Part shown: positions 50,958-60,732 of the stretch, piece after piece
Position numbering within the stretch: the stretch's first letter is position 1
How the letters are laid out: every line of letters starts with the position of its first letter
Origin: Verrucomicrobiota bacterium
Lineage (GTDB): Bacteria; Verrucomicrobiota; Verrucomicrobiia; Limisphaerales; AAA164-E04
Reading direction: 5' to 3'
NCBI GenBank assembly: GCA_047947115.1
Contig: CP170459.1
Span: 4,000,001 to 4,064,000 of the forward strand
DNA length: 64,000 bases
Translations under genes and position numbers: made by a program
The notes under the pieces: generated by a model
Told to the model about the DNA's origin: nothing
The model's input: the letters and a program-made list of their open reading frames with translations, nothing else
Databases searched by the model: none

Positions 50958-53900
50958 TCAAGGCTGGATACTTGCGCGGTAAAAGAGGATGATGGGAATT
51001 CCCTGGTCGTCCGTTGGGACCGGATAGATACTTTCGATTCCTTCCGCATTGCCGAAGTGGAACCAATTAACAAAATCACTGGAATACTCCACTCGATACC
51101 GGATACCTTCCTGACCCCGCACAACCAGGCTCAACTCTCCATTCAGGTTTCTGCGAATACGTATTTTGGGAGGAGAAAGCTGTTCGCCTGTCACATGGAG
51201 AATTTGTTCGGAACAGACCACACCGGTGTTGTTGGAACTGGAACATATCGAAATGGTATAATCTCCCGGCGAAACGGCCCGCATCAACAGTTGAGCCTGA
51301 ACCCCTCCACCTGCCCCACTGGTGAGGCGTCCAAGATTCAGCACGACACGACCAGTGGCTACATTACGACTCCATCCCAGCCCTTGGGACATGATGACCT
51401 CTTCCAGAGCCACACCCTCTGGCATGAACAACTCAACACGCCCCCCTGTCAGTTCGCATGCTCCATTGTTGACGAAAAGAAAAGTCTGGTGAACTTGTTC
51501 ACCCGTTCGCGCCTCTGCCTGCCACGAAACAGGCAGCACCGGCAACACGGCATTGGAACATCCCCCGCAACGCATGGCCCAGCAAACGGCATTCTGGAAT
51601 AGTCTTTTTCTTTGCATGACGCTGTGGTCGTCCCCGTTTCCTGCCAGTGTAAAATTAAGAGAGACTGTCCTGGCTTGCCCGAAATCAGGTTCATTGCCTG
51701 CCGGAGATCTTACCACCAAATCAGTATCACCCGAGAACCCGATCACTTCGGCCTCGTCATCGGCAATACCTCTGTCAGTTTCGAAAGACAGAACAAAAGG
51801 TTCCACATGACCGAATCGGCCATCCAGAATATTGCGAAAGAAACCGGTCTCCTGGAGGTCCAATGGTTCAGTGACGATTTGGCTCCCAAAGGAACGCAGG
51901 TGAATTAATTGATGCCATTGTGCTTTTTCAGATTCACTCAGTGATTCCGTATTGGAAGCGATGCGGTGTCCCAGTATAAACACCGATTTGGAGAGCGTGG
52001 AGATCATTTGTTTCAGCGCCTGCACCATTATTGGTTGAACACCTTTCTGATCTTCCACAATGACCATGGCCAGATCAAAACGATCCAGCATAGTGGTTGT
52101 TATTTCACCTGAATGCACGACCCTGGAACCAACACCCATTTCGAATAAATACTCCTGAATCAGCGCTAGCTCGGCGGAACCCGGATCATCCACCAGCAAC
52201 GCAACCTGCAAACACGTGTCGGAAACGCCTGCCCGCACGGGTTCAGACACCACCGTGGAACCGTCCTCCCTGAATGCAACGGCGCTGAGCAGAAAATCAC
52301 CCACTTCATCCGCTTCCCATTGGAACGTATAGGGAGGAGCATTGCGCACTCCTCTCAGTTCGTCACCTGCAAAAAAATGGACAACATTTCCATCCGGATC
52401 CCCTCCCGCCAACTCGACTTCAATATCCACAAGTTGTCCGACGCAAACCACTGTGGAGTCCTCGGGTGTCACTATTCCAAGCGTGAAATCCGGAGGGCGT
52501 TCGACGACTTCGATCCTGATGTATTCTGTCTGTGCGACGGCTTGATTATCATCTTCAACCAATGCTTTCAGCTCATAGAATCCGGTGGTATCAGGTTTCC
52601 ATTGTAGAAGCGTGGTTACTGGCGACCGTTTAGACAGCATCTGATCATTGGCGAAAAACGTGACCGAATGAACGGAGCCGTCCGGATCAAAAGCTTCAAC
52701 TTCCAGAGAGACTATGTCCCCCTCAAAGAATTTTGATGCATTCTCCGGATGAATCCACCGGATACTGGGACCTTGGTTGGGTCGCTTCAAAACGGTGATC
52801 TGGAACTGTCGAGCAAACATTCCATTGACCGATTCGCCATCACTAAGTGCCAACTCCACTCTGGTTGTTCCTTCAGCCCCCATTACAGGACGGATAAGAA
52901 TTTGGCCGGTTTGTGAGGCCCCGTCATAAATGACTTCGGGGTCATCTATCAGCGCTGCATCTTCTGAACGAGCGGTGATGGTCAGGTGTTGATTTTCAAA
53001 GGTGGAACCGTCATGAATTCCCTTAATTAGGACGGCCCGGACCCCTTCTCCGGGATTCATGACCAAATCCTCCACCGGATCAAAAAAAGGTCTGTCATTC
53101 ACCTCGCGAACACTGATGAGAAAGTCGGCTTCAGAAAACGCGCCCTCAGGGTCTGTTACGCGAAGAGTCCCGGTTGCCGAACCGGAATGATCAGCTGCGG
53201 GAGACAACCTGAGCCGGGCTCGACCATGCTGCACGATCCATTGCCACCCTCCGTTCTCCGGGAATAAATCAGGTCGATCGGTTCGAAAACTCCAGCTCAA
53301 CAAATTCGTGTCATGATCCGAATCCTGAGCATTCAAGGTCAAAATTCGCGAGCGGTCCTCGAAAATGACAATATCAGAAGGGGGTGTCAAAACCGGAGCA
53401 GCATTGACTGAATTTTGAAACAGAACCACCACCGATTGCTCCACCATGCGTTCGGGTTCTTCATCTGTAATGAGACGCACAGTCAATGATGCCTCACCGT
53501 TTTCTCCCGTTGTTACAGGTAGACCGGACACCCCCCAGAATTGTCCGACAAATTCAACAGGAAACACTTGTCCAGGTCGGGCGGAAGAAAGCGCTTCCAT
53601 GCGTTTGATAGGTACCGGGCTGGCAATGTTCCGAAAAATATCAACAAGTTGCGCAGCGGATTTCGCATGTCGATAATTGGCACAAGTGGCTCCCGCAATG
53701 GTCTGGAGTAATGCCGATCCTTCAGACGGATTGGCTCCCAGATAAACGGTATGCACCTTGACGTTTTCATTGCTCGCGCGGAATGCCGCATCCGCAGCAC
53801 TGCCAGCTGAACTTTCCCCATCGGAAAATAGAATGATACTTCGAGCCACGTCCGCGGCATCTTGTGCCAATATTTCGTCGAGAGCCACCTGCATAGCCTG

Positions 53901-56150
53901 TTCGATATTGGTGCCACCGGACTGATCAAATTGATCCAAGCGGGCAAGTACCTGTTCAAAATTCTCCGTCAATGGCTGAACCAGGCGAGCGGACTGATCG
54001 AAGTCCACCAGGCCAATGCGAATATTCAGCCCCTTTGGCATGGCTTTGACGAAGTTCCTAACCGCACTCAGGCGCAGATCTTGCGGATCGGTTGTTTGCA
54101 GACTCTCTGAACTATCCAGTGCCAAAACAAGATCAATGCCTCTTACCCCAGGGCTTTCTCCGATACTGCCTGCCATGGTCACTTCGGAATCGTTGAGAAC
54201 ATTACCTGATTCAGGGAAAGCGATGGTCAGCGAGGGAAGCGGAAAGCCTCCCCCTTCGTTGCTCACCGGGCAGTGCTCCAATCGTTCGAGTTGAAAGCCG
54301 TAGTGCGCCTGAGTTGTGGAAGCGTGATAACATTCCAATCGATAGGTGCCTTGTTGGGTAATGGTGATGAACTGGGTATAGGAAGCTGCGGGGCGCAATG
54401 GACCGTCGAACAAAACCCTTTTACCGGGAGTGATCAAACGCCACATCAATGTTGGCGATCCGCTGCCGAGTGTCGGGCGAAAATGCCAGGTTTCCGGCTT
54501 GTCGGCACGGATCAGATAGGTGTCCACCTCACCTGGAACATTCAGTATCCCCTCTCCCGTTCCGTTTTGGGCGGGAACCACCTCAAATGGTTCCATACCC
54601 TTGCTGAACAATTCCGGAGGAGGGACATTCCAGATTCGAAACGCATACTTGCCGGTGCCTGCGTGTTGGGAACCACCGACAATCACTTGATAGGAACCCG
54701 ATTCCGAAAGAACCAACACCCCCGGATCTTTACAACGCAGGCATTCCTCAAACATTACCCTTCCTTCAGGATCTTCCATGCGCCAGCTCAAGAAACCTAA
54801 TTCACGATCAGCCTGCAACGATTCGACAAACACCGACTGACCTGCAACAGCATTGAACCGATACACATCCTGAGCTCCGGGAACTCCGATATGGCCGGCT
54901 CCTTCCCCGGGTTGGTTGAAAGTGATCAAATCCCCCAGTTCGATGGAAAATTCTTCGTTGGCTGGCACCGGCTGTAGGTGAATCCGGTAAGCTCCCTTCC
55001 CGCTTGCAATATTTCCTCCAATAGTCATTCGGTATTCACCAGCTTGACTCAGGTAAACAAGGCCTGGATCTCCTGAGAAGAAATGGGTGGAGAGGACCCT
55101 TTGGTTTTCCGGTCCCAGCAACTGCCATTCGGCAAATTGAAGATCCCTGTCGGCATCCACGAGGTCCAGAAACAACCAACCTGGTTCAGCCATGGTCCAG
55201 CTATAAACGTCAGTTGATCCCGCCACCTGAATAAAGCCCGCACCCGGCAGACTGCTATCCAGTTCCAAAGCCTGTGAAACATCAATCGGCAACTCATCCG
55301 GAGGAGGGATGGTATCAAGCTGAAAATGATAACTCCCTAGAGCGGCGCTTTCTGAATCCCCAATGACCAGGGAAAATATTCCGGATTCGTTCAAAGTGAT
55401 GATGCTTGGGGAGTATTGGGCCAAGTCACCTGAGTATAGGGCCCCAAGCGTCGGGCTGAACAAGCTCCAGTTCACATCGTCGAGCGTTCGTTCAAAAGCA
55501 ATCAATCGAAAAACGATTTGTTGACCAGCTTCAACCTGAAACAAATACTCATCCCTTGCACCCGGCGATTCAATCACCCCAGCACCTTCAAATTCAGTCG
55601 ATTTACCGTCAATTTCGGTCCCAAGGGCAATGTGGAATTCCTGGGGATCCGGGACCGAATAAAGGCGAAAGGCGTAATCCCCTACCACATTCAAATCCGA
55701 GCGACCGACGACAATCTGATATTCACCTGTACGCGGCAATGTCAAAAAGCCATGGTCACGACAGGCAAAACACTGAAGAGAAATGGATTTTCCGGTTGGA
55801 TCGAACACTTCCCAGGTCACAAAACTCAAATTTGGATCATGCGTCAACATGTCCAGAAAGATTGACTGTCCGGGCGCTCCTTCAAACACATAGATGTCCT
55901 GCTCTCCTCGCTTGCCAATCCGCCCCGCCCCAACTCCCGGTTGATCGCGAGAAACAGTCTGGTCCAGGGAAATGGTAAATGTCTCGGCAATAGCCTGGCC
56001 AAGTAAATTCATAAAGAGCGCGCTTGCGAGCGCCAAAGCTGCAAACATCCTGCGAGCGACATAGGTGAAGGTCGCACCGTTTGGGCATCCCCATCCCGCC
56101 ATGTGAACATCCGAAAGGGATGGCTCGTCTTTTCTGAAACAATCAAGCAT
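50958..56150 (-). CDS. Large multidomain secreted protein: five ~115-aa beta-sandwich repeats, vWA, Ig/cadherin-like domains, DUF11-like domain and C-terminal YxVExSxDxxxW...FYR module
   Basis: Repeats G(A/E)G.I...G..D.Y; MIDAS DSSES, GGTNI, ILFSDG; NAAP/NDRP/NQGP Ig starts. Start may be 56102 or 56048. Confidence 0.8.
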   Translation of the reverse strand: MLDCFRKDEPSLSDVHMAGWGCPNGATFTYVARRMFAALALASALFMNLLGQAIAETFTISLDQTVSRDQPGVGAGRIGKRGEQDIYVFEGAPGQSIFLDMLTHDPNLSFVTWEVFDPTGKSISLQCFACRDHGFLTLPRTGEYQIVVGRSDLNVVGDYAFRLYSVPDPQEFHIALGTEIDGKSTEFEGAGVIESPGARDEYLFQVEAGQQIVFRLIAFERTLDDVNWSLFSPTLGALYSGDLAQYSPSIITLNESGIFSLVIGDSESAALGSYHFQLDTIPPPDELPIDVSQALELDSSLPGAGFIQVAGSTDVYSWTMAEPGWLFLDLVDADRDLQFAEWQLLGPENQRVLSTHFFSGDPGLVYLSQAGEYRMTIGGNIASGKGAYRIHLQPVPANEEFSIELGDLITFNQPGEGAGHIGVPGAQDVYRFNAVAGQSVFVESLQADRELGFLSWRMEDPEGRVMFEECLRCKDPGVLVLSESGSYQVIVGGSQHAGTGKYAFRIWNVPPPELFSKGMEPFEVVPAQNGTGEGILNVPGEVDTYLIRADKPETWHFRPTLGSGSPTLMWRLITPGKRVLFDGPLRPAASYTQFITITQQGTYRLECYHASTTQAHYGFQLERLEHCPVSNEGGGFPLPSLTIAFPESGNVLNDSEVTMAGSIGESPGVRGIDLVLALDSSESLQTTDPQDLRLSAVRNFVKAMPKGLNIRIGLVDFDQSARLVQPLTENFEQVLARLDQFDQSGGTNIEQAMQVALDEILAQDAADVARSIILFSDGESSAGSAADAAFRASNENVKVHTVYLGANPSEGSALLQTIAGATCANYRHAKSAAQLVDIFRNIASPVPIKRMEALSSARPGQVFPVEFVGQFWGVSGLPVTTGENGEASLTVRLITDEEPERMVEQSVVVLFQNSVNAAPVLTPPSDIVIFEDRSRILTLNAQDSDHDTNLLSWSFRTDRPDLFPENGGWQWIVQHGRARLRLSPAADHSGSATGTLRVTDPEGAFSEADFLISVREVNDRPFFDPVEDLVMNPGEGVRAVLIKGIHDGSTFENQHLTITARSEDAALIDDPEVIYDGASQTGQILIRPVMGAEGTTRVELALSDGESVNGMFARQFQITVLKRPNQGPSIRWIHPENASKFFEGDIVSLEVEAFDPDGSVHSVTFFANDQMLSKRSPVTTLLQWKPDTTGFYELKALVEDDNQAVAQTEYIRIEVVERPPDFTLGIVTPEDSTVVCVGQLVDIEVELAGGDPDGNVVHFFAGDELRGVRNAPPYTFQWEADEVGDFLLSAVAFREDGSTVVSEPVRAGVSDTCLQVALLVDDPGSAELALIQEYLFEMGVGSRVVHSGEITTTMLDRFDLAMVIVEDQKGVQPIMVQALKQMISTLSKSVFILGHRIASNTESLSESEKAQWHQLIHLRSFGSQIVTEPLDLQETGFFRNILDGRFGHVEPFVLSFETDRGIADDEAEVIGFSGDTDLVVRSPAGNEPDFGQARTVSLNFTLAGNGDDHSVMQRKRLFQNAVCWAMRCGGCSNAVLPVLPVSWQAEARTGEQVHQTFLFVNNGACELTGGRVELFMPEGVALEEVIMSQGLGWSRNVATGRVVLNLGRLTSGAGGGVQAQLLMRAVSPGDYTISICSSSNNTGVVCSEQILHVTGEQLSPPKIRIRRNLNGELSLVVRGQEGIRYRVEYSSDFVNWFHFGNAEGIESIYPVPTDDQGIPIILFYRASIQP

Positions 56151-56329
56151 ATCTGTTTGTGATACAATTCCTCACACAAGGCCCACCGAACAACTAGACC
56201 ATCACAAAAATGACAATATAGCATAACTTGTGCTAACTTGCAGCGCCAAGGGTGGATAATTTGAGGTGTGTGTCAGGATTGATCCCATTCAATCCGCCAA
56301 GTGCATCACCTAAAAACAACACAGCACAT

Positions 56330-56358
56330 TTGACAAGTGCCACCCTGGACCGTATATG
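56330..56358 (+). promoter_or_regulatory. sigma70-like promoter for the peroxiredoxin gene
   Basis: TTGACA-N17-TATATG about 43 nt before ATG 56402. Confidence 0.45.
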
Positions 56359-56401
56359 AAAGGCACGTATTTTGCGACATAACTGAACAAAAATTGTAAA
56401 T

Positions 56402-56881
56402 ATGGCAATCTCAATAGGAACAAAAGCTCCGGATTTCACCTTGAAATCCAAAAATGCGGACGGTGTCAGCGACATCCAACTCAGCGCCAACCTCAACAAG
56501 AAAAACACAGTTATTCTGTTTTTCCCTTTAGCCTTCACGGGTGTATGCACCACTGAACTTTGTGATGTCACTGCCGGATTGGGTCAATACAGCGACCTGA
56601 ATGCGGATGTCATCGGTATCAGTGTGGACAGCCCCTTTGCACAGGAAGCTTGGGCACAAAAAGAAAACATCGGCATTACCCTTGCCAGCGATCTGAACAA
56701 GAAAACCGCCGCTGACTACGGAGTCTTACTGGATGATCTCCTGGGATTCGGTGCGACCAGCGCTCGCGCAGCATTCGTGGTCGACAAGGAAGGTGTCGTG
56801 CAATACGCCGAACAGACCCCTACCCCGAAGGACCTGCCAAATTTCGATGCCATCAAGGCATGTTTGCAAGGCTTGCAGTAA
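56402..56881 (+). CDS. Peroxiredoxin (AhpC/TSA family)
   Basis: APDFTL, FFPLAFTGVCTTE (PxxxTxxC), ISVDS, SARAAFVVD. Confidence 0.92.
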   Translation: MAISIGTKAPDFTLKSKNADGVSDIQLSANLNKKNTVILFFPLAFTGVCTTELCDVTAGLGQYSDLNADVIGISVDSPFAQEAWAQKENIGITLASDLNKKTAADYGVLLDDLLGFGATSARAAFVVDKEGVVQYAEQTPTPKDLPNFDAIKACLQGLQ

Positions 56882-56911
56882 TCCCCTCTTAAAGCTCTAC
56901 ACTTTTACACC

Positions 56912-56954
56912 CGCCCTGCCTCCGAACCATTTTGGTCGAGCAGGGCGTTTTTTT
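56912..56954 (+). terminator. Intrinsic terminator after the peroxiredoxin gene
   Basis: Stem CGCCCTGC...GCAGGGCG followed by T7. Confidence 0.7.
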
Positions 56955-57078
56955 GTGTTGGTTTAATGCGTAGTGCGGGAAAGTGATCGAAAATACGAAA
57001 TCCCCCATCATGGGTGTGGGCCCTGTGGACCAGCGAGGCATGGGATCCCCAAACTTTGGTGTAGACCCTCTTTTTGAG

Positions 57079-57154
57079 TGGTGGAGCCGTGGGGAGTCGA
57101 ACCCCAGACCCCCACAATGCCATTGTGGTGCTCTACCAACTGAGCTACGACCCC
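57079..57154 (-). tRNA. tRNA-Ala (GGC)
   Basis: GGGGTCGTAGCTCAGTTGGTAGAGCACCACAATGGCATTGTGGGGGTCTGGGGTTCGACTCCCCACGGCTCCACCA: cloverleaf, G3:U70, anticodon GGC, encoded CCA. Confidence 0.95.
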
Positions 57155-57270
57155 ACTCAAAGAGGAAGGACTTTATGGTTTATGTCCGGCTTGTTGTCAA
57201 AAGGAAAATCAAATTTTGAAGTTTTTTTTTCAAAAACTCCAAAGGAAGCTCCCCACTATGGGCCCAGGGT

Positions 57271-58173
57271 CTAAATATCGTATTGCGTCAGACTGTCAGG
57301 ATCCATTGGCATTGTTAACAAAACTTTGAATGTGGATCCCATGGTCAGACGGCTTTCAAGGGCGATTCGGCCTCCCATGTGTTGGACAATTTTTTTACTG
57401 ATCGCCAACCCCAAACCAGTTCCCCCGTAATTGTGGCCATCGGCCTTGCCATGCGCCTGAGAGTATACGTCAAATATGCTCTCCAACTGATTCTGAGGTA
57501 TACCAATACCGGTATCCGCCACTGATATCTCAAGGTTGACGTCACCTTGCTTGGTCGCTTCAGCTTCTGTGTGGATTCGAATGGATCCCGAATCCGTGAA
57601 CTTGACCGCATTGGCCATCAAATTGAGGAGCACCTGGCGCATACGATTCTTATCCCCAATGACAATCAAAGGTAAATCCGTATTGAATGTGGTCTCAAAA
57701 CTCAGGCTTTTCCGGCGAAGTTCCGCTTGAAACAATTTGGAGCAATCCTGAATGAGTTTACGCAATGAAAAGGAATCCTGATCCAGCTCCAGCTTGCCTG
57801 ATTCCATCTTGGAGACATCCAGTAAATCGTTAACCAGAGACATGAGTGTTCCCGTGGATTCATCCAACACTGAAACGTAATCACTTTGCTCCTCATTTAA
57901 AGGGGTGTCCTTCAGCAGCCGTATCATGCCGCACATACCATTAAGAGGATTGCGAATTTCGTGGCTCACATTTGCCAGGAGCAGACTCTTTTGCCGACTG
58001 GCTGTTTCGGCTATTTTGCGTTCTGCGTCGTGTTTCTCCTGTATGGCTTGTTGTACTCTTTTCGCCGAACGATAAAAGACCTCGGCAAAAATCATTCCCG
58101 TAACGATCACTGCCATGATGATTGTGATGGTCTGATATCCTCCTCGGCATGATTGCTCCACATGACTGACCAA
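57271..58173 (-). CDS. Sensor histidine kinase (HisKA + HATPase), short N-terminus
   Basis: ANVSHEIRNPLNG, LVNDLLDVSK, RQVLLNLMANAVKFT, DTGIGI, GGTGLGL. Confidence 0.85.
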   Translation of the reverse strand: MVSHVEQSCRGGYQTITIIMAVIVTGMIFAEVFYRSAKRVQQAIQEKHDAERKIAETASRQKSLLLANVSHEIRNPLNGMCGMIRLLKDTPLNEEQSDYVSVLDESTGTLMSLVNDLLDVSKMESGKLELDQDSFSLRKLIQDCSKLFQAELRRKSLSFETTFNTDLPLIVIGDKNRMRQVLLNLMANAVKFTDSGSIRIHTEAEATKQGDVNLEISVADTGIGIPQNQLESIFDVYSQAHGKADGHNYGGTGLGLAISKKIVQHMGGRIALESRLTMGSTFKVLLTMPMDPDSLTQYDI

Positions 58174-58196
58174 TGGGGTAGTTTACGCCCGAGTGA

Positions 58197-59546
58197 CTAT
58201 TCAGCAATACAGTAAAGGTGATGATGGCTTCTGACATACAAAGCATCTCCGCTGACAACGGGTGAAGCATCAATATCATCACTCAATTCGTTGATTGAAA
58301 GCACGTTTAAGGTGTCGGAACTATCAATCACAATGGTTATACCGTTCCTGCCAGCCAGGTAAACCCGATTGGCGGCCCCGACTGGCGATGCATAAAAGCC
58401 GGATGGCCCCTGGAGTCTTTGCTGACTGTAAAACGGTTCTCCCGTTTTAGGGTGCACGCAGGTAATGACCGCATTGTTCCCCTGAGTGAACCATATTTTT
58501 CCATCATATAGCAATGGGGACGGCACATAGGGGGTTCCGCGATTGATTTCCCATTTGATGTAGTCCGATCCGGTCAAATCCCCTTTTCCGCCCAATGCAA
58601 TCGCCATGGCCATGTTTCCCCGGTAGCCCGATACTGCATAGACGTTTTCTCCGTCGGCAACCACGGAAGGGATGGCATTGGTGGTTTGTCCTCCGCATTC
58701 CCAAATCAGTTCCCCTGTTTCCAGATGATAGGATCGAACTTTGTTGGTGGCGTTGATGATGACTTGCGTCACCCCCTGGTGAGTGAGCACATAGGGCGTG
58801 GTCCATCCGGTTTTCTCATCACGCCGCTGCTTCCATAATTCTTTGCCGGTCCTTTTATCAAATGCATAGACGAACGAATCAGATTCATTGTCCCACAGGA
58901 CGATCAGCGTATTGCCATGCAAGGTTGGTGAAGCCCCTTCTCCAAATCCATTGCGCGAGGGCATGTTGCCTAGGTCCTTGTCCCAGATTTCATTTCCATC
59001 CATGTCGTAGCAGTATAATCCACGTGAACCGAAAAAGGAGATGACATGCTCCCCGTCCGTTACAGCTGAGGCGGAACTGTAGGTATTGGTGGGGTGATGT
59101 CCTTCATGTGGGATTTCTTTGCCACCTTCACGCGTCCACAGCGTCTCTCCCGTATTTTTATGGATGCAAAAAGTGGTAAAAGCATATTCCTGTGTCGGCG
59201 CCGCGCCACCACTTCCGCCGCGCCTGCGCCGTTGCTCCTGTGAAGCGGGGGGGCGATCGGCTTGCTCAAGAGATGCCTGGGGGGGATTTACCGGAACAGC
59301 CGAAAGCAAAAACAAACGCTCCTCCCAAATCACTGGTGTCGAATGGCCTTCGCCGGGAATGTCTTTTTTCCATTTGATATGCTTGGTTTCACTCCATTCA
59401 ACGGGAGGATTTCCAGTTAGTGCATACCCATTGGCTGTGGGGCCACGCCATTGCGGCCAATTCGTTGACTCGGCAGCCTCGGCGGATACGATGACAGCAA
59501 TTGCCCCGATAACGGAACAGCAGAGGGTTGGATAATTTTTGCTCAT
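58197..59546 (-). CDS. PQQ-like beta-propeller repeat protein (PVC-type)
   Basis: NWPQWRGP, GHSTPVIW, GEGASP, GWTTP, PYVPSPL, FYASPV, HHLYCI; signal peptide. Start about 59546. Confidence 0.88.
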   Translation of the reverse strand: MSKNYPTLCCSVIGAIAVIVSAEAAESTNWPQWRGPTANGYALTGNPPVEWSETKHIKWKKDIPGEGHSTPVIWEERLFLLSAVPVNPPQASLEQADRPPASQEQRRRRGGSGGAAPTQEYAFTTFCIHKNTGETLWTREGGKEIPHEGHHPTNTYSSASAVTDGEHVISFFGSRGLYCYDMDGNEIWDKDLGNMPSRNGFGEGASPTLHGNTLIVLWDNESDSFVYAFDKRTGKELWKQRRDEKTGWTTPYVLTHQGVTQVIINATNKVRSYHLETGELIWECGGQTTNAIPSVVADGENVYAVSGYRGNMAMAIALGGKGDLTGSDYIKWEINRGTPYVPSPLLYDGKIWFTQGNNAVITCVHPKTGEPFYSQQRLQGPSGFYASPVGAANRVYLAGRNGITIVIDSSDTLNVLSINELSDDIDASPVVSGDALYVRSHHHLYCIAE

Positions 59547-59740
59547 ATGATGCATATCTGTGTCGTTAAGTAGTTGCAGGAGTATGATCCGAAACTTTTG
59601 AATGTATTCCACTTATTGACTTTCAGTGAAACGGATTGGTTACACAAAACATGTGGAAATGTTCCGCATCTGGTTTGACAGAGCAAAGACTCGTCCACAT
59701 AGTTCTGTCCCATCATCCGATAAGAATCCTTTCTCATTTT

Positions 59741-60685
59741 ATGAACAAACGAACCTTTATCAAAACGAGCGCCGGCCTGGCTGGATTAACTGCACTGGGA
59801 AGTGCCTGCCGAACGATGGAGCACTCTCCAACGGAAGCTTCCACTCTTCACCTCCAAAGCCGTATTAAGCTCGGGATATCCAGCTATTCCTACTGGCATT
59901 TCAGGGATCCAAAAACGAGCATTGAAACCGTGATCGACAAATCGGCGGCATTGGGCGTCGAGGGAGTGGATATTCTGCATCGTCAGATGGAATCCGAAGA
60001 TACCGCTTATCTCCAGAAATTGAAACGACACGCATTCATCAATGGAATTGACCTGATAGCCCTTTCCATCCATCAGGATTTTGTCGATCCCGACCCTCAA
60101 GTCAGAAAGCAACACATTCAACATACCTTGAAGTGCATTGACCTGGCGCATGAAATGGGCATCCCCTGCATCCGTCTGAACTCCGGACGATGGAACACCA
60201 TCAACTCGTTTGATGATCTGATGGCGGCGCGCGGCTTGGAGCCCATCCTTCCCGGTTACACAGAACAAGACGGATTTGACTGGTGCATTGAAAGCATTGA
60301 AGCCTGTATGAACCACGCCGAGCGACAGGGCGTCATTCTGGCTCTGGAAAACCATTGGGGCCTTACCCGCACTCCCGAAGGATTATTGCGCATTTTAAAC
60401 GCTATTGATTCCCCCTGGCTGGGCGGGTTGCTGGACACTGGAAACTTCCTTGAAAACCCGTATGAAAAGTTGGAACAAATCGCCTCGAGAGCCGTTTTCG
60501 TTCAAGCCAAAACATACGAAGGAGGCGGAGAATGGTATACCTTGGACCTGGACTATGACCGGATTGCATCCATCTTGAAAGCCGTCCAATACCGGGGATA
60601 CGTCTCCCTTGAGTTTGAAGGCAAAGCGCCGGCGGATGAAGGCGTCGCCAAAGGCATCTCCACATTGAGGTCTGCGTTGACCTGA
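59741..60685 (+). CDS. Sugar-phosphate isomerase/epimerase (xylose isomerase-like TIM barrel), exported
   Basis: Tat-like NKRTFIK with possible lipobox GSAC; LALENHWG, LDTGNF, YRGYVSLEFEG. Confidence 0.85.
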   Translation: MNKRTFIKTSAGLAGLTALGSACRTMEHSPTEASTLHLQSRIKLGISSYSYWHFRDPKTSIETVIDKSAALGVEGVDILHRQMESEDTAYLQKLKRHAFINGIDLIALSIHQDFVDPDPQVRKQHIQHTLKCIDLAHEMGIPCIRLNSGRWNTINSFDDLMAARGLEPILPGYTEQDGFDWCIESIEACMNHAERQGVILALENHWGLTRTPEGLLRILNAIDSPWLGGLLDTGNFLENPYEKLEQIASRAVFVQAKTYEGGGEWYTLDLDYDRIASILKAVQYRGYVSLEFEGKAPADEGVAKGISTLRSALT

Positions 60686-60732
60686 ACGTGGGATCAATGA
60701 ACCTTCCCTGGGGAATTTAATCGACTGATCCA

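Noticed and set aside
57079..57154. tRNA-Ala as an island integration site
   Set aside because: No integrase and no duplicated tRNA 3' end noticed in the window
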